A DNA stretch of 64,000 bases from Mantamonas sphyraenae STR306 (Eukaryota > Protista > CRuMs). Shown piece after piece: positions 23,374 through 33,462 of the stretch (within the stretch, counting starts at the first letter, position 1; each line of letters begins with the position of its first letter). Where the stretch lies: contig JAPMXV010000043.1 in assembly GCA_026936335.1 (NCBI GenBank), positions 434,001 through 498,000 on the forward strand, read 5' to 3'. The translations under genes were made by a program, and so were the position numbers. The notes beneath the pieces were generated by a model that was not told the origin of the DNA, did no database searches, and worked only from the letters and a program-made list of their open reading frames with translations.

Positions 23374-26300
23374 ATGCGCACATTTGGCACGCTTGTGCTT
23401 TTGTGCACTTTGATGTCGTTCATTGCCTGTATACATGCGGGCAATAGTCAGGAGAGCCTCCAAGAGAGGTTCGAGCATGTGGAGGAAGCGGTAACGGGCG
23501 AGGAGAAGCAGGTGGGCAGCGACACGCCCGACTCGCAGTTCTGGCTTGTGCAGGACAGCGAGTTTGAGGATGTGGAGGATGGCGAGGCGCTCACGGGTAC
23601 AGGCAAGCTGGATGCAGACGAGCAGGCGAAGATGGTGAAGGATGAGGAGGAACATCAAGAGAGTGGATTCAGCGTGTCGACGACAACCCGTGGCGATGTG
23701 CACACCCATGCCGACTACGTGGCGCTGGATGCAGAAGCTGCGGCAGGCGTGCGCGTGGAGAAGGAGCCCACGAATGAGGTGACTCAAGACGATCCTGCGT
23801 CGCTGCTGCAAGACAAGGTGCCGTCGATTTTGGAATCGTTGCAACATCATGCGGAAGCCAACCCCGACGCCGCAGGCAAGGGCTTTGTGCTGGATCACGA
23901 CGATCTGGACCAAGAAGACGTCGAAGCGAAGGACGAGGAAACTCTGGAAGAGGTCCCCGAGTCTCAGATGGGTAAGTGTGTGTGTAGGTGGACGAGATTG
24001 AACAGCGCACGTAATCTTTGCACGACGTCCAGGCCAGAATGGACCCCAGCCCCATCCGAGGAGCTGCTTGTGTGTGAAATGTGTGTGTGTGGCATGTGCG
24101 GAGTAGATTTTTCTGCATGCTTGTCGTGCGTGTGGAGATCAATTCGTGCGGTGAAGCCTTCAGGGCGGCCAAGGCTTGCTCCGAGCGCTGCTCTGAGCGC
24201 CTCTTTTTTTCCCCGAAGAGCCCTGGCGAAAACAACTGACGCGGACACTGCACAGGCGTGCTCACGATGCCTGTGGCAACTGCCACAAAGTCTGGCATAC
24301 GTGCGGGAAGCCGTTTGTCGCTGGAGACGGGCTTCTACCGTGTGGTCGCCTCGCTGGGCAGCGAATCGGGGATGTCGCGCTTTTCCTGCGTGCGCAGCTC
24401 GATGCTGGACAATCTGGAGGAGGGAGATGTGCAGACGGTGATCAAAGGTACACCAGACATGGTTCAAGATGCAACAACGGGTGAGGTGGACGAGTTGGAC
24501 TCGCCTGCAAATGCCCAGGAGGAGTTGCAGCGGTCGTTGAAGCGTATGGCGCATCTGCAGATGCTCCTGCGCCAAGATGGGGTGCTGGAAAGGCGCATGA
24601 AGTCCGTGGACGAGCAGCTGGGATCTTCCGACGAGGTGAAGGAGCTTCGCGGAGACGCAAAGGCATTTCTGCTGACGCGGGAACACGCTGTGGCTGCGGA
24701 TGTGGCGGCGGAGCTGGATGAGGAGGTCAGCGACGAGGACAAGGACAAGATCTTCGGGTCGCTCTTCCGAAAACTGCGCTCCATTGCACGCAAGGTCGTG
24801 CATGGCATCTCGAGTGTAGCTCGAGCGACTGTGGCTGCGTTTCAGCGTGCGTATGCATACGCACAGAGGAGCTGGGGCACACTGAGGAAGGCCATGGTGG
24901 CGCTTGCCACAAGTGTGACGGAGGCAGTGCGCAAGGTGGCCAACAAGGTTGTTGCTGGTGTGAAGTACGTGGGAGGACGATATGTGATGCCTTTGGCACG
25001 GAGGGTGGCCATGTCTGGGTTCAAGGTGTTGCGTTCGGCGGTGGCTGTGACGCGACGTGCGTTTGAGGCTGTGGGCAGGGCTGCACACAGCGCAGTGCGC
25101 TCGATGGTCAACAAGGCCGTATCACATGTGCGTGCGGCAGTGCACAAGGCGCGTGCTCATGCCATGCGTGCCGTGAACGCCGTCAAGGCAGGCGTGCAAC
25201 GTGCGGTGAGCACCGTCAAGTCGGTGGTCAAGTTTGTGAGCGGCCTGCTGCAGGGGAACCTGAGCCTGGAGAAGGACTTTGCACGTCAGGCGCGCTTGAC
25301 CATGGTCGTGCGCAACCGCTACGTGGTGGACGTCCGCAAGCGAGGCGGGCGATTCCGAGTGGGCCTGAAGGACGCAACGATCAAGATGGTGCCGCAGTTT
25401 GTCCTGTCGATCCAGGTGCGCAAGTTTCGACTGAAGCGGCTCAGTGCTGTGCTGTCCGGAAACCTGCACATGAACCTGAAAATGCTGGCGCAGCTGACGG
25501 GCACCTTTAAGCACAAGAAGGAGAAAAAGGTGATGCGAGTGCGCAAGAAGAAGGTCAAGTTCATGTTGGGAGCGCTTCCTGTGGTCATTCTGATCAAGCA
25601 GTGGGTGTTTGCAGGCGTCAACCTGAACGTCAACTCGAAGATCGAACTGGAGATGGGTGGCTCGCTGACGGCGCACCTGCGCGTGGGCGTGCTGTACACG
25701 GGTGGAAGGTTCCGAGCCATCTTTAAGCGACACTTTCGGCAGCAGGTGCAGAAGCCACAGGGGATCAAGGCGTGTGCCAAGATTTCGGTGGAACTGTTCC
25801 TGAGGCCGAAGATTGCCTTTTTGCTGTACACCAAGGCGGGTCCCACCTTTACACTGTCTCCTTACATGGAGATGGAGTACAGTCCGGTGGGTGGCGTCAA
25901 CGCATGTGTGCGTCCGCTGACGCGTCGCGTTCGCTACGCAAAGTGGCGCATCTACCTGGGCATGCGTGGCCACGTTGGCGCGCGTGTGGAGGTGCTGGGC
26001 AAGAAGCAATTTGACAAACAGGTCAAGTTGGTGGAGCCCAGGTTTGTGGTGCTTCAGGGATCCATCCGCCTGCCGAGTGCAAACGTGCAAGACACTGGTC
26101 CGACCGGTGCAAATCAGGAGGACGTGTGGGACGCAATGATCCGCGACGAAGACTACGATCCGGCTGAGCTTGTGCGTGACGGTGACGGTGGATTGAGCGC
26201 GCGGGAGAAACACTTCCGCGCGGGTTGGCATGCAGTTTACCGCGTCATGGTGAGGAAGTGGAAGACGATGGCACACTGGATCCACCGACGTTGTTTCCCA

Positions 26301-27515
26301 AATCCAAGTTGGTACTACCGCTACACCTGTATGCGACACTACTACGATGAGTACTTTGAGAAGAAGGCGGACTATGACCAGATCTACAGGAACTTGGCCT
26401 ACCAAGACCGCAAGCACAAGGTGCACTGGCGCCGCTATCTGAATGACCGTTGTATGAAATCTTCGACGTGGTCGCGTCGTTTGGCGTGTATTCGCTTCCT
26501 CGCCGACGACTACTACCACGGCAAGATCGCGTACCTGAAGTTGCGCCGAGAACTGTACCACATCGCGCACCGCAGCACAGCAGACAGCATCATCCGCAAG
26601 GTGAACCGCTCGCAGACGACGTGGACAGGCATTGCATCCAAGCTGGGTACAGAGCTGCGTCCTCTGCGTGCCAAGCGAGAGTGGCACCTGACGGCATCCA
26701 AGTTTTCGCGCATGGACCGCAGTGCGTTCCGGAGGGCCAAGAGTGTGTGCTACAGGTTGCCATGGGTGAAGGCTGCCCCATGTTTGCTGAAGAAGTACGA
26801 TGAAGCCACGCGGCTCAAGATGTACAACAGCACGATGCAGGCGATCCGAAGCTTCGCACCAGACTGGGCCAACTTGACCCGGCAACAGTGCAGCGCACGC
26901 TCCAACCGCGTGCGCTGCGCCGCACAGTACCTCAAGGAAGGCCAGGCGCGCAGGGAGTTCCACCGCGTGTACAAGCTCGTGTCTGCACACGCTGTGCGGC
27001 AGTGCATGCGCCGCAACTCGTGGGTGTCCCGCAGCCACTGCATCAAGTCGCACGTGAATGTCCACGCGTACCAGTCGCAAATTCGTCGCATCCGAGCGGC
27101 AATGGATCGCCTGGGCGCCGGCATCTCGGCGACCGCGTGGCGCAAGTGCGGGCCGGCAAGTTGGCGCGATGCAGCGAGCTGCATGCAAGCGTCCCTGGCA
27201 ATGGCCCAGCGCAAGATGGGAGGGGTCGACGCGGAGGCACGCAAGAAGGTGAAGGCCGAGAAGGCTGCGTACGTGCGAGCTCTGCAGCATGGACCTGAGA
27301 TGCAGCGACTCAAGACAGTCGAGGCACACGCACGCCGTCTGCTGCGTGAGGCGCTCGTGGCACACTACCACATGCGCAGACTGCCGCAGGAGATGCAAAC
27401 AGCAGAGATGGTGAAGCGCAGCAATGCCACCATCGATCGCATGCGTCGTTTGGTCGACCAGAACGAGCGTGAGATTGCAAAGTTGATCGCTCGTGCGCAA
27501 GACGTCAAGGGGTGA
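23374..27515 (+). CDS. Large secreted orphan protein: acidic pro-region, cationic amphipathic helices, beta-rich domain and C-x4/5-W-x5-C helical repeats. Exons 23374-23971 and 24256-27515
   Basis: Signal peptide MRTFGTLVLLCTLMSFIACIHA. GTAAGT donor at 23972, ACTGAC branch ~24235 and CAG acceptor at 24255 join the ORFs in frame. Confidence 0.85.
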
Positions 27516-27645
27516 AGGGGACCCAGCACATGCAATAGTCCATCCAGAACGAGCGCGAGATTGCAACGTTGATCGCTGGTGCGCAAGACGTCAAGGGGTG
27601 AAGCGACACTGTGTGAGAGACACAGCACATGCAAAGGTCCATCCA
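27458..27645 (+). repeat. Imperfect tandem duplication (~86 bp period) of the 3' end and stop codon of the preceding gene
   Basis: CCAGAACGAGCG(T/C)GAGATTGCAA(A/C)GTTGATCGCT(C/G)GTGCGCAAGACGTCAAGGGGTGAAG at 27458 and 27544. CAGCACATGCAA..GTCCATCCA at 27524 and 27623. Confidence 0.9.
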
Positions 27646-27675
27646 TTTCCATCCATTCCATTCCGTTTGCTCAGC

Positions 27676-28530
27676 TCACTCTTCATCGCCGACTTTCTGG
27701 CGTTTCTCGTCCGAGGAGGAGGAATCGTCGTCATCGGAGGAGGAGGAGCGCTTGTTGGAGGAGGCAGGGGCGACGTATGTGTGGATGCACGCCTCGATGT
27801 TGTGGTGATCGTTGTCAAAGGCAAAGGCGCCGTAGAAAGTGGGGCCGTACATGGGACGTGGGCCGGGGGGGCCATTGTCTTTGCAGCCGGCCTCAAGTGC
27901 CGCTGCGTACCAAGCATCCACGTCGTCGGTGGACGCGACATGGAAGCCCACATGGGTTGCAGACACAGAGTCCGAGTCTGCAAGGACAAGGCGCAGGGTG
28001 GCTGGGCCGGAACCGAGGCCAAACTCGAGTGCTGACTCGGAGGACGTGTCCCGAACGGAAGCGCCGCAAACTGCAAGATGAGCAGCGTACTGCGTGCGGG
28101 CAGAGTCCAGATTGGTCACCTGCATTTGGTAGCATGCAATGACGCCCGTGGGTCCCGATGATTGACTGCCGTTGTCGTTGGCCGAGGCGCCAAGAAAACA
28201 ATCGTTCCCGAGATCCACGGTGGCGGTGACGAACCCGTTGGCCTCCTCTGGCTGGCCAGCGTCAGCGAAACCTGCTTCAAGGGCCGCCGCGTGGAATTCT
28301 TTGACGGCTTGCGAGGACGGGGCGTGGAGGATGACGTGGAGCTTGGGCACGCCGTTTTCGTGCAGCTTGGGGTTTGCCGTGGATGTCCACAGTTGAGGGG
28401 CAAATGTGCCCCAGCCGACGACCTCGCCAAACTTGACGATGGACTTGATGCCCAGGGCGGCGAGGGGTGCCTCGAGGTTGCCGATGGTGGACACGTCGGG
28501 GAAATAGAGGGAAGCGTGGTCGATGGACAT
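27676..28530 (-). CDS. Tandem glyoxalase/bleomycin-resistance (VOC) domain protein
   Basis: MSIDHASL, LHVILHAPSSQAVKEFHAAALEAG and a second copy HVGFHVASTDDVDAWYAAALEAGCKDNGPPGPRPMYGPTFYGAFAFDNDHHNIE. The upstream part of the track ORF is antisense to the ankyrin gene. Confidence 0.9.
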   Translation of the reverse strand: MSIDHASLYFPDVSTIGNLEAPLAALGIKSIVKFGEVVGWGTFAPQLWTSTANPKLHENGVPKLHVILHAPSSQAVKEFHAAALEAGFADAGQPEEANGFVTATVDLGNDCFLGASANDNGSQSSGPTGVIACYQMQVTNLDSARTQYAAHLAVCGASVRDTSSESALEFGLGSGPATLRLVLADSDSVSATHVGFHVASTDDVDAWYAAALEAGCKDNGPPGPRPMYGPTFYGAFAFDNDHHNIEACIHTYVAPASSNKRSSSSDDDDSSSSDEKRQKVGDEE

Positions 28531-28558
28531 TTTCAATTGGTGCGCGGGCGCTGGCAGC

Positions 28559-29938
28559 ATGACGTCAAGAGTTGGTGACGCAAAGAGTACCGAGGGGAAC
28601 GCTGCCGTGCTCAAGGCAGTACGGCGTGGCGACGTAGAGGCACTGCGTGGGCTACTGGAGGCCGGCGCCAAGGTGGACGGTTCGATGGTGCTCTTGCTTG
28701 CTGTGCAAAAGGGCCACGTGGACGCAGTCAGGGTGTTGCTGGCACACGGGGCGGACGCAAACGTGTGCAGGGAAGATGGGGCATCTGTCGTGTGGATGGC
28801 AGCAAAGGATGGAAACGTGGAGATGGTGAGCGTGCTGCTGGACGGAGGCGCAGATCCGAACTCTGTCCGCCCATCGAAACGTGGAGACACATCGGCGCTG
28901 GTGGAAGGGGCAAGGAGTGGCAGCTGGAAGATTGTGGACGCGCTGCTGGGCGCCGGAGCAGACGTGAACGCAGCGGAGGGAGGGACGACAGCATTGTTTG
29001 CAGCAGCAGCTTGTGGCTTTGCACAGACGGTGCGTGTGCTTGTGCGTGCGGGTGCGGATGTCGACGCGCGGCTGCAACGCAACAACAGCACAGCTCTCAT
29101 GCATGCGGCTTGGAATGGGCACGCAGGTGTGTTGAGCGTGTTGATGGACGCAGGCGCCGATGTGGACATGGTTCGGAGCGATGGACACACTGCGTTGTCG
29201 CTTGCGGCGCTGGGTGGAGCGGCAGAGTGTGTGCGTGTGCTGCTGAAAGGCGGAGCATCCGTGGACGCCTGCACACGCAAGGGTGGTTGGACGCTGATTA
29301 TGGATGCCGCGCTAGGAGGAAGCGCACACGCTGTCGAGATGGTGCTTGCGGCCGGGGCAGACCCCTGTGCGGCCCGGCCCAGCGACGGCGGATGCGCCAT
29401 GCTGGATGCAAGTGTTCACGGGCATGTGGATGTCGTTCGTGTTTTGCTGGGTCATGGAGGCGTCCACGTGGACGTTTGCAACGCCAACGGCGTCACTGGT
29501 CTGCACATGGCGGCGTCCGTCGGCAGTGAGGAAACGGTGGAGCTGCTTCTGCGCCATGGGGCCACCGTGGACATTCCAACGCGCGTTCAGCGTACCACGG
29601 CGATGATACTCGCCGCCGAAAACAACCACAGCGGTGTCGTTCAGATGCTCCTGGACGCAGGGGCAGATGGAGACGCGCAGTCGCTGCGCGGCACAGCGCT
29701 GTACACTGCATCCTCTCGAGGACATGTCGATGTGATGCGAGTTCTCCTGGATGCCGGTGTCGACGTGCACGCTACCCTCAACGACGAAGACGGCCTGGTG
29801 CAGGACACGTGCCTGGGCGCTGCCGTGCAAATGAGCAATTTTTCAGGTGCTGTGCTGCTGCTCTCTGTCGGGGCAGACCGCAATGTGTTGGAAACGCGAT
29901 TGAAGTGGACGTTGGTGTCGCGTGTGCCAGGCTTGTGA
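28559..29938 (+). CDS. Ankyrin repeat protein (~12 repeats)
   Basis: Continuous ankyrin consensus repeats (TALMHAAWNGHAGVLSVLMDAGADVD etc.). An alternative ATG at 28523 would overlap the VOC start. Confidence 0.92.
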   Translation: MTSRVGDAKSTEGNAAVLKAVRRGDVEALRGLLEAGAKVDGSMVLLLAVQKGHVDAVRVLLAHGADANVCREDGASVVWMAAKDGNVEMVSVLLDGGADPNSVRPSKRGDTSALVEGARSGSWKIVDALLGAGADVNAAEGGTTALFAAAACGFAQTVRVLVRAGADVDARLQRNNSTALMHAAWNGHAGVLSVLMDAGADVDMVRSDGHTALSLAALGGAAECVRVLLKGGASVDACTRKGGWTLIMDAALGGSAHAVEMVLAAGADPCAARPSDGGCAMLDASVHGHVDVVRVLLGHGGVHVDVCNANGVTGLHMAASVGSEETVELLLRHGATVDIPTRVQRTTAMILAAENNHSGVVQMLLDAGADGDAQSLRGTALYTASSRGHVDVMRVLLDAGVDVHATLNDEDGLVQDTCLGAAVQMSNFSGAVLLLSVGADRNVLETRLKWTLVSRVPGL

Positions 29939-30016
29939 TTGGGTGTGGGGGGCAAATGCTTCATTGCGGGAAAATCGCATCTCGCTGCCACCTGCCCTAC
30001 GGCGGTCTCACTCACT

Positions 30017-30861
30017 TCACTTCTCCTTCCGAAACTGAGACTCATTCTCCTCAATCGCCTGCTCCACATCCCCTTTGCCAAAGAATGCCGGAAACGCCTT
30101 GGGCTTCGTCAGCGCCACCTGCACCGCCTCCCGCGCGTCCATCCGGTCGAACCACGCGTTCAAATGCTCCAAGCCGTCCACACTCACCTTTGCCCAGTAG
30201 TACGAGCGGCAGTAGGGAAACATGGCCATGTCAACAACCGAAATCTCGTCGCCCAAGAAAAAGTCCTTCCCTTCCAGTTGTTTGTCGCAAATTTCAAGAA
30301 GCCTCCTGCTCTCTTTCCCGTACCTCTCAATTGCAAACTCGTCGTGATTCCCCTGAGGTGACGCGATGCGGTTGAAAAACATCGACTGGCCCATCATCGG
30401 CCCGATTCCGCTCATTTGAAAGAACAGCCACTGCATCGCCAGCGACCGCCCCTTGCCATCCTCTGGCAGGAACAGGTTGTACTTTTCCGCGAGATACCTG
30501 CATCCCATCACACACGCCACTCCACGTCAGCACACACCCGTCCTCACGCGCGCCGGAAACCCCCCCAGTCCGGTTTCCGTCTCCCAACCCACCACAGAAT
30601 CGCACCCGATTCAAACACTGCAAAATCTTCCGCCGAATGGTCAATCAGCGTCGGAATGCGCCCATTCGGATTGAGCTTCAGGTACCACTCTTCCTTCTGC
30701 TGGTTCTTGGAGAAGTCGATGTGGATCAAATTGTACGCGACGCCAGCCTCCTCCAGGAAGATGATTGGCTTCCACCCGTTCATCGTCGCTGCGGTCAACA
30801 ACGTCAATTCCGCACTGCTCTCTGCAACCAATTCCAGCGGTGTCTTTTGGCCTTGGCTCAT
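30017..30861 (-). CDS. Glutathione S-transferase, YghU/YfcG/Ure2-like (Nu) class. Exons 30861-30593 and 30497-30017
   Basis: TMNGWKP, LNPNGRIPTL, VFESGAILWYLAEK (joined across a 95-nt GTGGGT..CAG intron), QWLFFQMSGIGPMMGQ and ISVVDMA. An in-frame upstream ATG at 30930 is also possible. Confidence 0.92.
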
Positions 30862-30928
30862 GCTCACGACAACGGGTTTCGATGCAGTCGCCGGCGCCGC
30901 CGCCGACTTGCCCTTTCCGCCCCAACCC

Positions 30929-32538
30929 ATGCTCACGCAAACCGAACTGACCCAGCTTCTCGACGTGCTCGACGTCGACAAGCCCCTCGACAGCGTCGGC
31001 GCAAACTTCAAAGACGCCTTCCCGTCCCGCGAGGCCTTCAAATGCTGCAGCGGCCTCGCCCTTCTCCTGCAAGGCGACACCTCCCTCCTCAACCTCCACC
31101 AGCGCATCGCCGTCTACTTCCTCCTGTACTTTACCTCCCAGCAGCAGCGCCACGCAGCCTCCTCCGCTTCCACAGACAACGCCTCCCTCACCGACGAGGG
31201 CACCTTTGATGCGCTCTTTGTCAGCATCCTCGAGCAGGGCCAGTGCGAGTGGGCAGAGGCAAACTTTCTCGCCGACCTCCTCGCAGGACCTGCCGACGAT
31301 CTTTTTGCCAACTCTGCACGCGACGCTGCCTCCCTCATGGCCTCCCGCAAGCAGGTCAGCCAACTCGACATTCGCGCCATCAAGCAGCAAATCGCCTCTC
31401 AGCGCCCACAGTTTCCCGCACACAAGCAAGTACGCTTCCAACTGTGCCCCACCGCCCCCGTCATCCCTCCCTCCCTCGCCCTCACCGCCCTCCCGCCCGT
31501 CTCTGCACCCGTCCAGCCCAGCCATTCTCCCTGCCTCGCCCCCTCTCCCCTCGCCCATTTCCGCATGACCCCAACCCGGCCTGCCGCCTCCTTTCTCACA
31601 CATACACGCCTGCGCCCTCCATTCCCCCGCTCCCCTCCCTCCCCTCCTCCCTTCGCCCCGTCCTACCTCCCCAGTCGGGCATCGGCTCCATCATAGCCGA
31701 CCCCGAAGTCAACCTCATCACAGGCAAGCTGGTCACCTCTTCCTCCGCTTCCGACGCCAAGGACGGCGCCTCCTCCTCCTCCACCTCCTCCACCTCCTCC
31801 GACGCCTCCGACGCCTCCGATCTCCTCAACAGCTTCCACCTCGTCGACACCCAGCTCGACATGGAGGCCTTTGCTCCCACCTTTGCTCGCACCGCACCCA
31901 CTCTCCTTGTCCCCGACACCGACGAGGTCTTTTGGCTCAACTCGGACGTCACCCAGGACGTCGAATGGGACAGTGGCATGTGTGTCGACACTTCCAAGGG
32001 CAGCGAGCTGCGCGAGCTCATGTCCCTCGCCTTCCAGTCGCCCCTGACCCCAAATCAACACAGCAAACTCCTCGAAGAGCTCCACGCCGACGCACAGGCT
32101 GTCCACCACAGCGGCATGATGCCCCAAAAGCTCGAGTCTCTTGTCGAGAACAACCCCATGGTCGCCATCGAAGTCCTCCTCAAGCTCATGGGCTCCACAA
32201 AGATTGCCGACTACTTCCAGGCCCTCATCGACATGGAGATGAGTCTCCACTCCATGGAAGTTGTCAATCGCCTCACCACCTCCGTGGACGTGCCCAAGGA
32301 CTTTATCCGCCTGTACATTGCAAACTGCATCACCAGCTGCGAGCACGTCCAGGACCGCTACAAGCGCAACCGCCTCGTCCGTCTCGTCTGCGTCTTTCTC
32401 CAGTCTCTCATCCGCAACAAGCTCCTCGACGTCTCCGAAATGGAGACAGAGATCCTGGCCTTTTGCATCGAACACTCCAAGATCCGCGAGGCCGCGGGCC
32501 TCTTCCGCCTCCTCAAGTCCATGGACAGCGGCGGATGA
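30929..32538 (+). CDS. CNOT11: CCR4-NOT complex subunit 11. Exons 30929-31429 and 31675-32538
   Basis: FARTAPTLL..DEVFWLN, LVENNPMVAIEVLLKLM, MSLHSMEVVNRLT, RLVRLVCVFLQSLIRNK and FCIEHSKIREAAGLFRLLK. GTACGC..CAG intron in phase 0. Confidence 0.95.
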
Positions 32539-32578
32539 TCCAACCCCACCGTGCACATCTCCACACAATGAAAACCAC

Positions 32579-32632
32579 CATCCCAATCATCCCACCCATC
32601 ATCCCACCCATCATCCCACCCATCATCCCAAT
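32579..32632. repeat. 12-bp minisatellite (CATCCCACCCAT)x3 flanked by CATCCCAAT
   Basis: Read directly in the CNOT11-ALG14 spacer. Confidence 0.9.
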
Positions 32633-32673
32633 GCCCCACCCACCCACTTCCAACCAACCAAAACTGCACCACA

Positions 32674-33348
32674 ATGACCCCCCTCATCCTCCTCCTCCTC
32701 TCCTTCACCGTCTTCCTCCTTCTCCTCCTCTACAGAACATACACTGTCCTCCCACAACGCATGGGTGGCCCTAAACCCTCCACCCACCACGAAACCCCGT
32801 TCCGAACGCTGGTGGTCCTCGGCTCCGGCGGCCACACAGGAGAGATGCTCCGCATACTGCCGGCGTTTGCCCGTGCAGACACACACACATTTGCTTTTGT
32901 CGTTGCCGACACAGACCCAGACTCTGAGCGCCGCCTTGCCGACTGGTGGGCCGAGAACGACATGCCCGGCGAGCCAGACCTAGTCCGCGTGCCCCGCTCT
33001 CGCTCCGTCGGCCAGAGCTACCTCACAAGCATCTTTACCACTCTGTACAGCTTCAATGTCTCCCTTGCCCTCACCCTTGCCTACCATCCCGACCTCCTTC
33101 TCTGCAACGGGCCGGGCACGTGCGTACCCCTCGCCTTTGCCGCCTGGCTGTATAATCTCGCCTCCCTCTACTCCCTCCACGCCCAACAGCGTTGCCATAT
33201 CCTCTACATCGAGTCCATTTGCCGCGTCAACTCCCTCTCCCTCTCTGCAAAGATCCTCTACCACACCGTCGCCGACCGCCTCGTCGTCTTCTGGCCCAAG
33301 CTCCACTCCCTCTACCCCAGGTCCGTCTGCTACGGGCCCCTCTTTTGA
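32674..33348 (+). CDS. ALG14: UDP-GlcNAc transferase subunit ALG14
   Basis: N-terminal TM, VVLGSGGHTGEM, PRSRSVGQSY, LLCNGPGTCVP and YIESICRVNSLSLSAKILY. Confidence 0.96.
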   Translation: MTPLILLLLSFTVFLLLLLYRTYTVLPQRMGGPKPSTHHETPFRTLVVLGSGGHTGEMLRILPAFARADTHTFAFVVADTDPDSERRLADWWAENDMPGEPDLVRVPRSRSVGQSYLTSIFTTLYSFNVSLALTLAYHPDLLLCNGPGTCVPLAFAAWLYNLASLYSLHAQQRCHILYIESICRVNSLSLSAKILYHTVADRLVVFWPKLHSLYPRSVCYGPLF

Positions 33349-33462
33349 TTCCCATTCAACCAAAAGTCAGCACGCTCAAAAGACAGGCGACCCATCCCAT
33401 GCGTTCATGCTCCTCGACCGCAACACCACATCTTTTTCATTCTGCTCCGCGCGCACGCAACC

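Noticed and set aside
28531-29400. N-terminal 290 aa of the 574-aa minus ORF as a VOC fusion
   Set aside because: Antisense of the ankyrin gene. The VOC domain starts at gaaaATG 28530.
32579-32632. Telomere-like or CRISPR-like repeat
   Set aside because: Only three full 12-bp units, with no spacers and an internal position.
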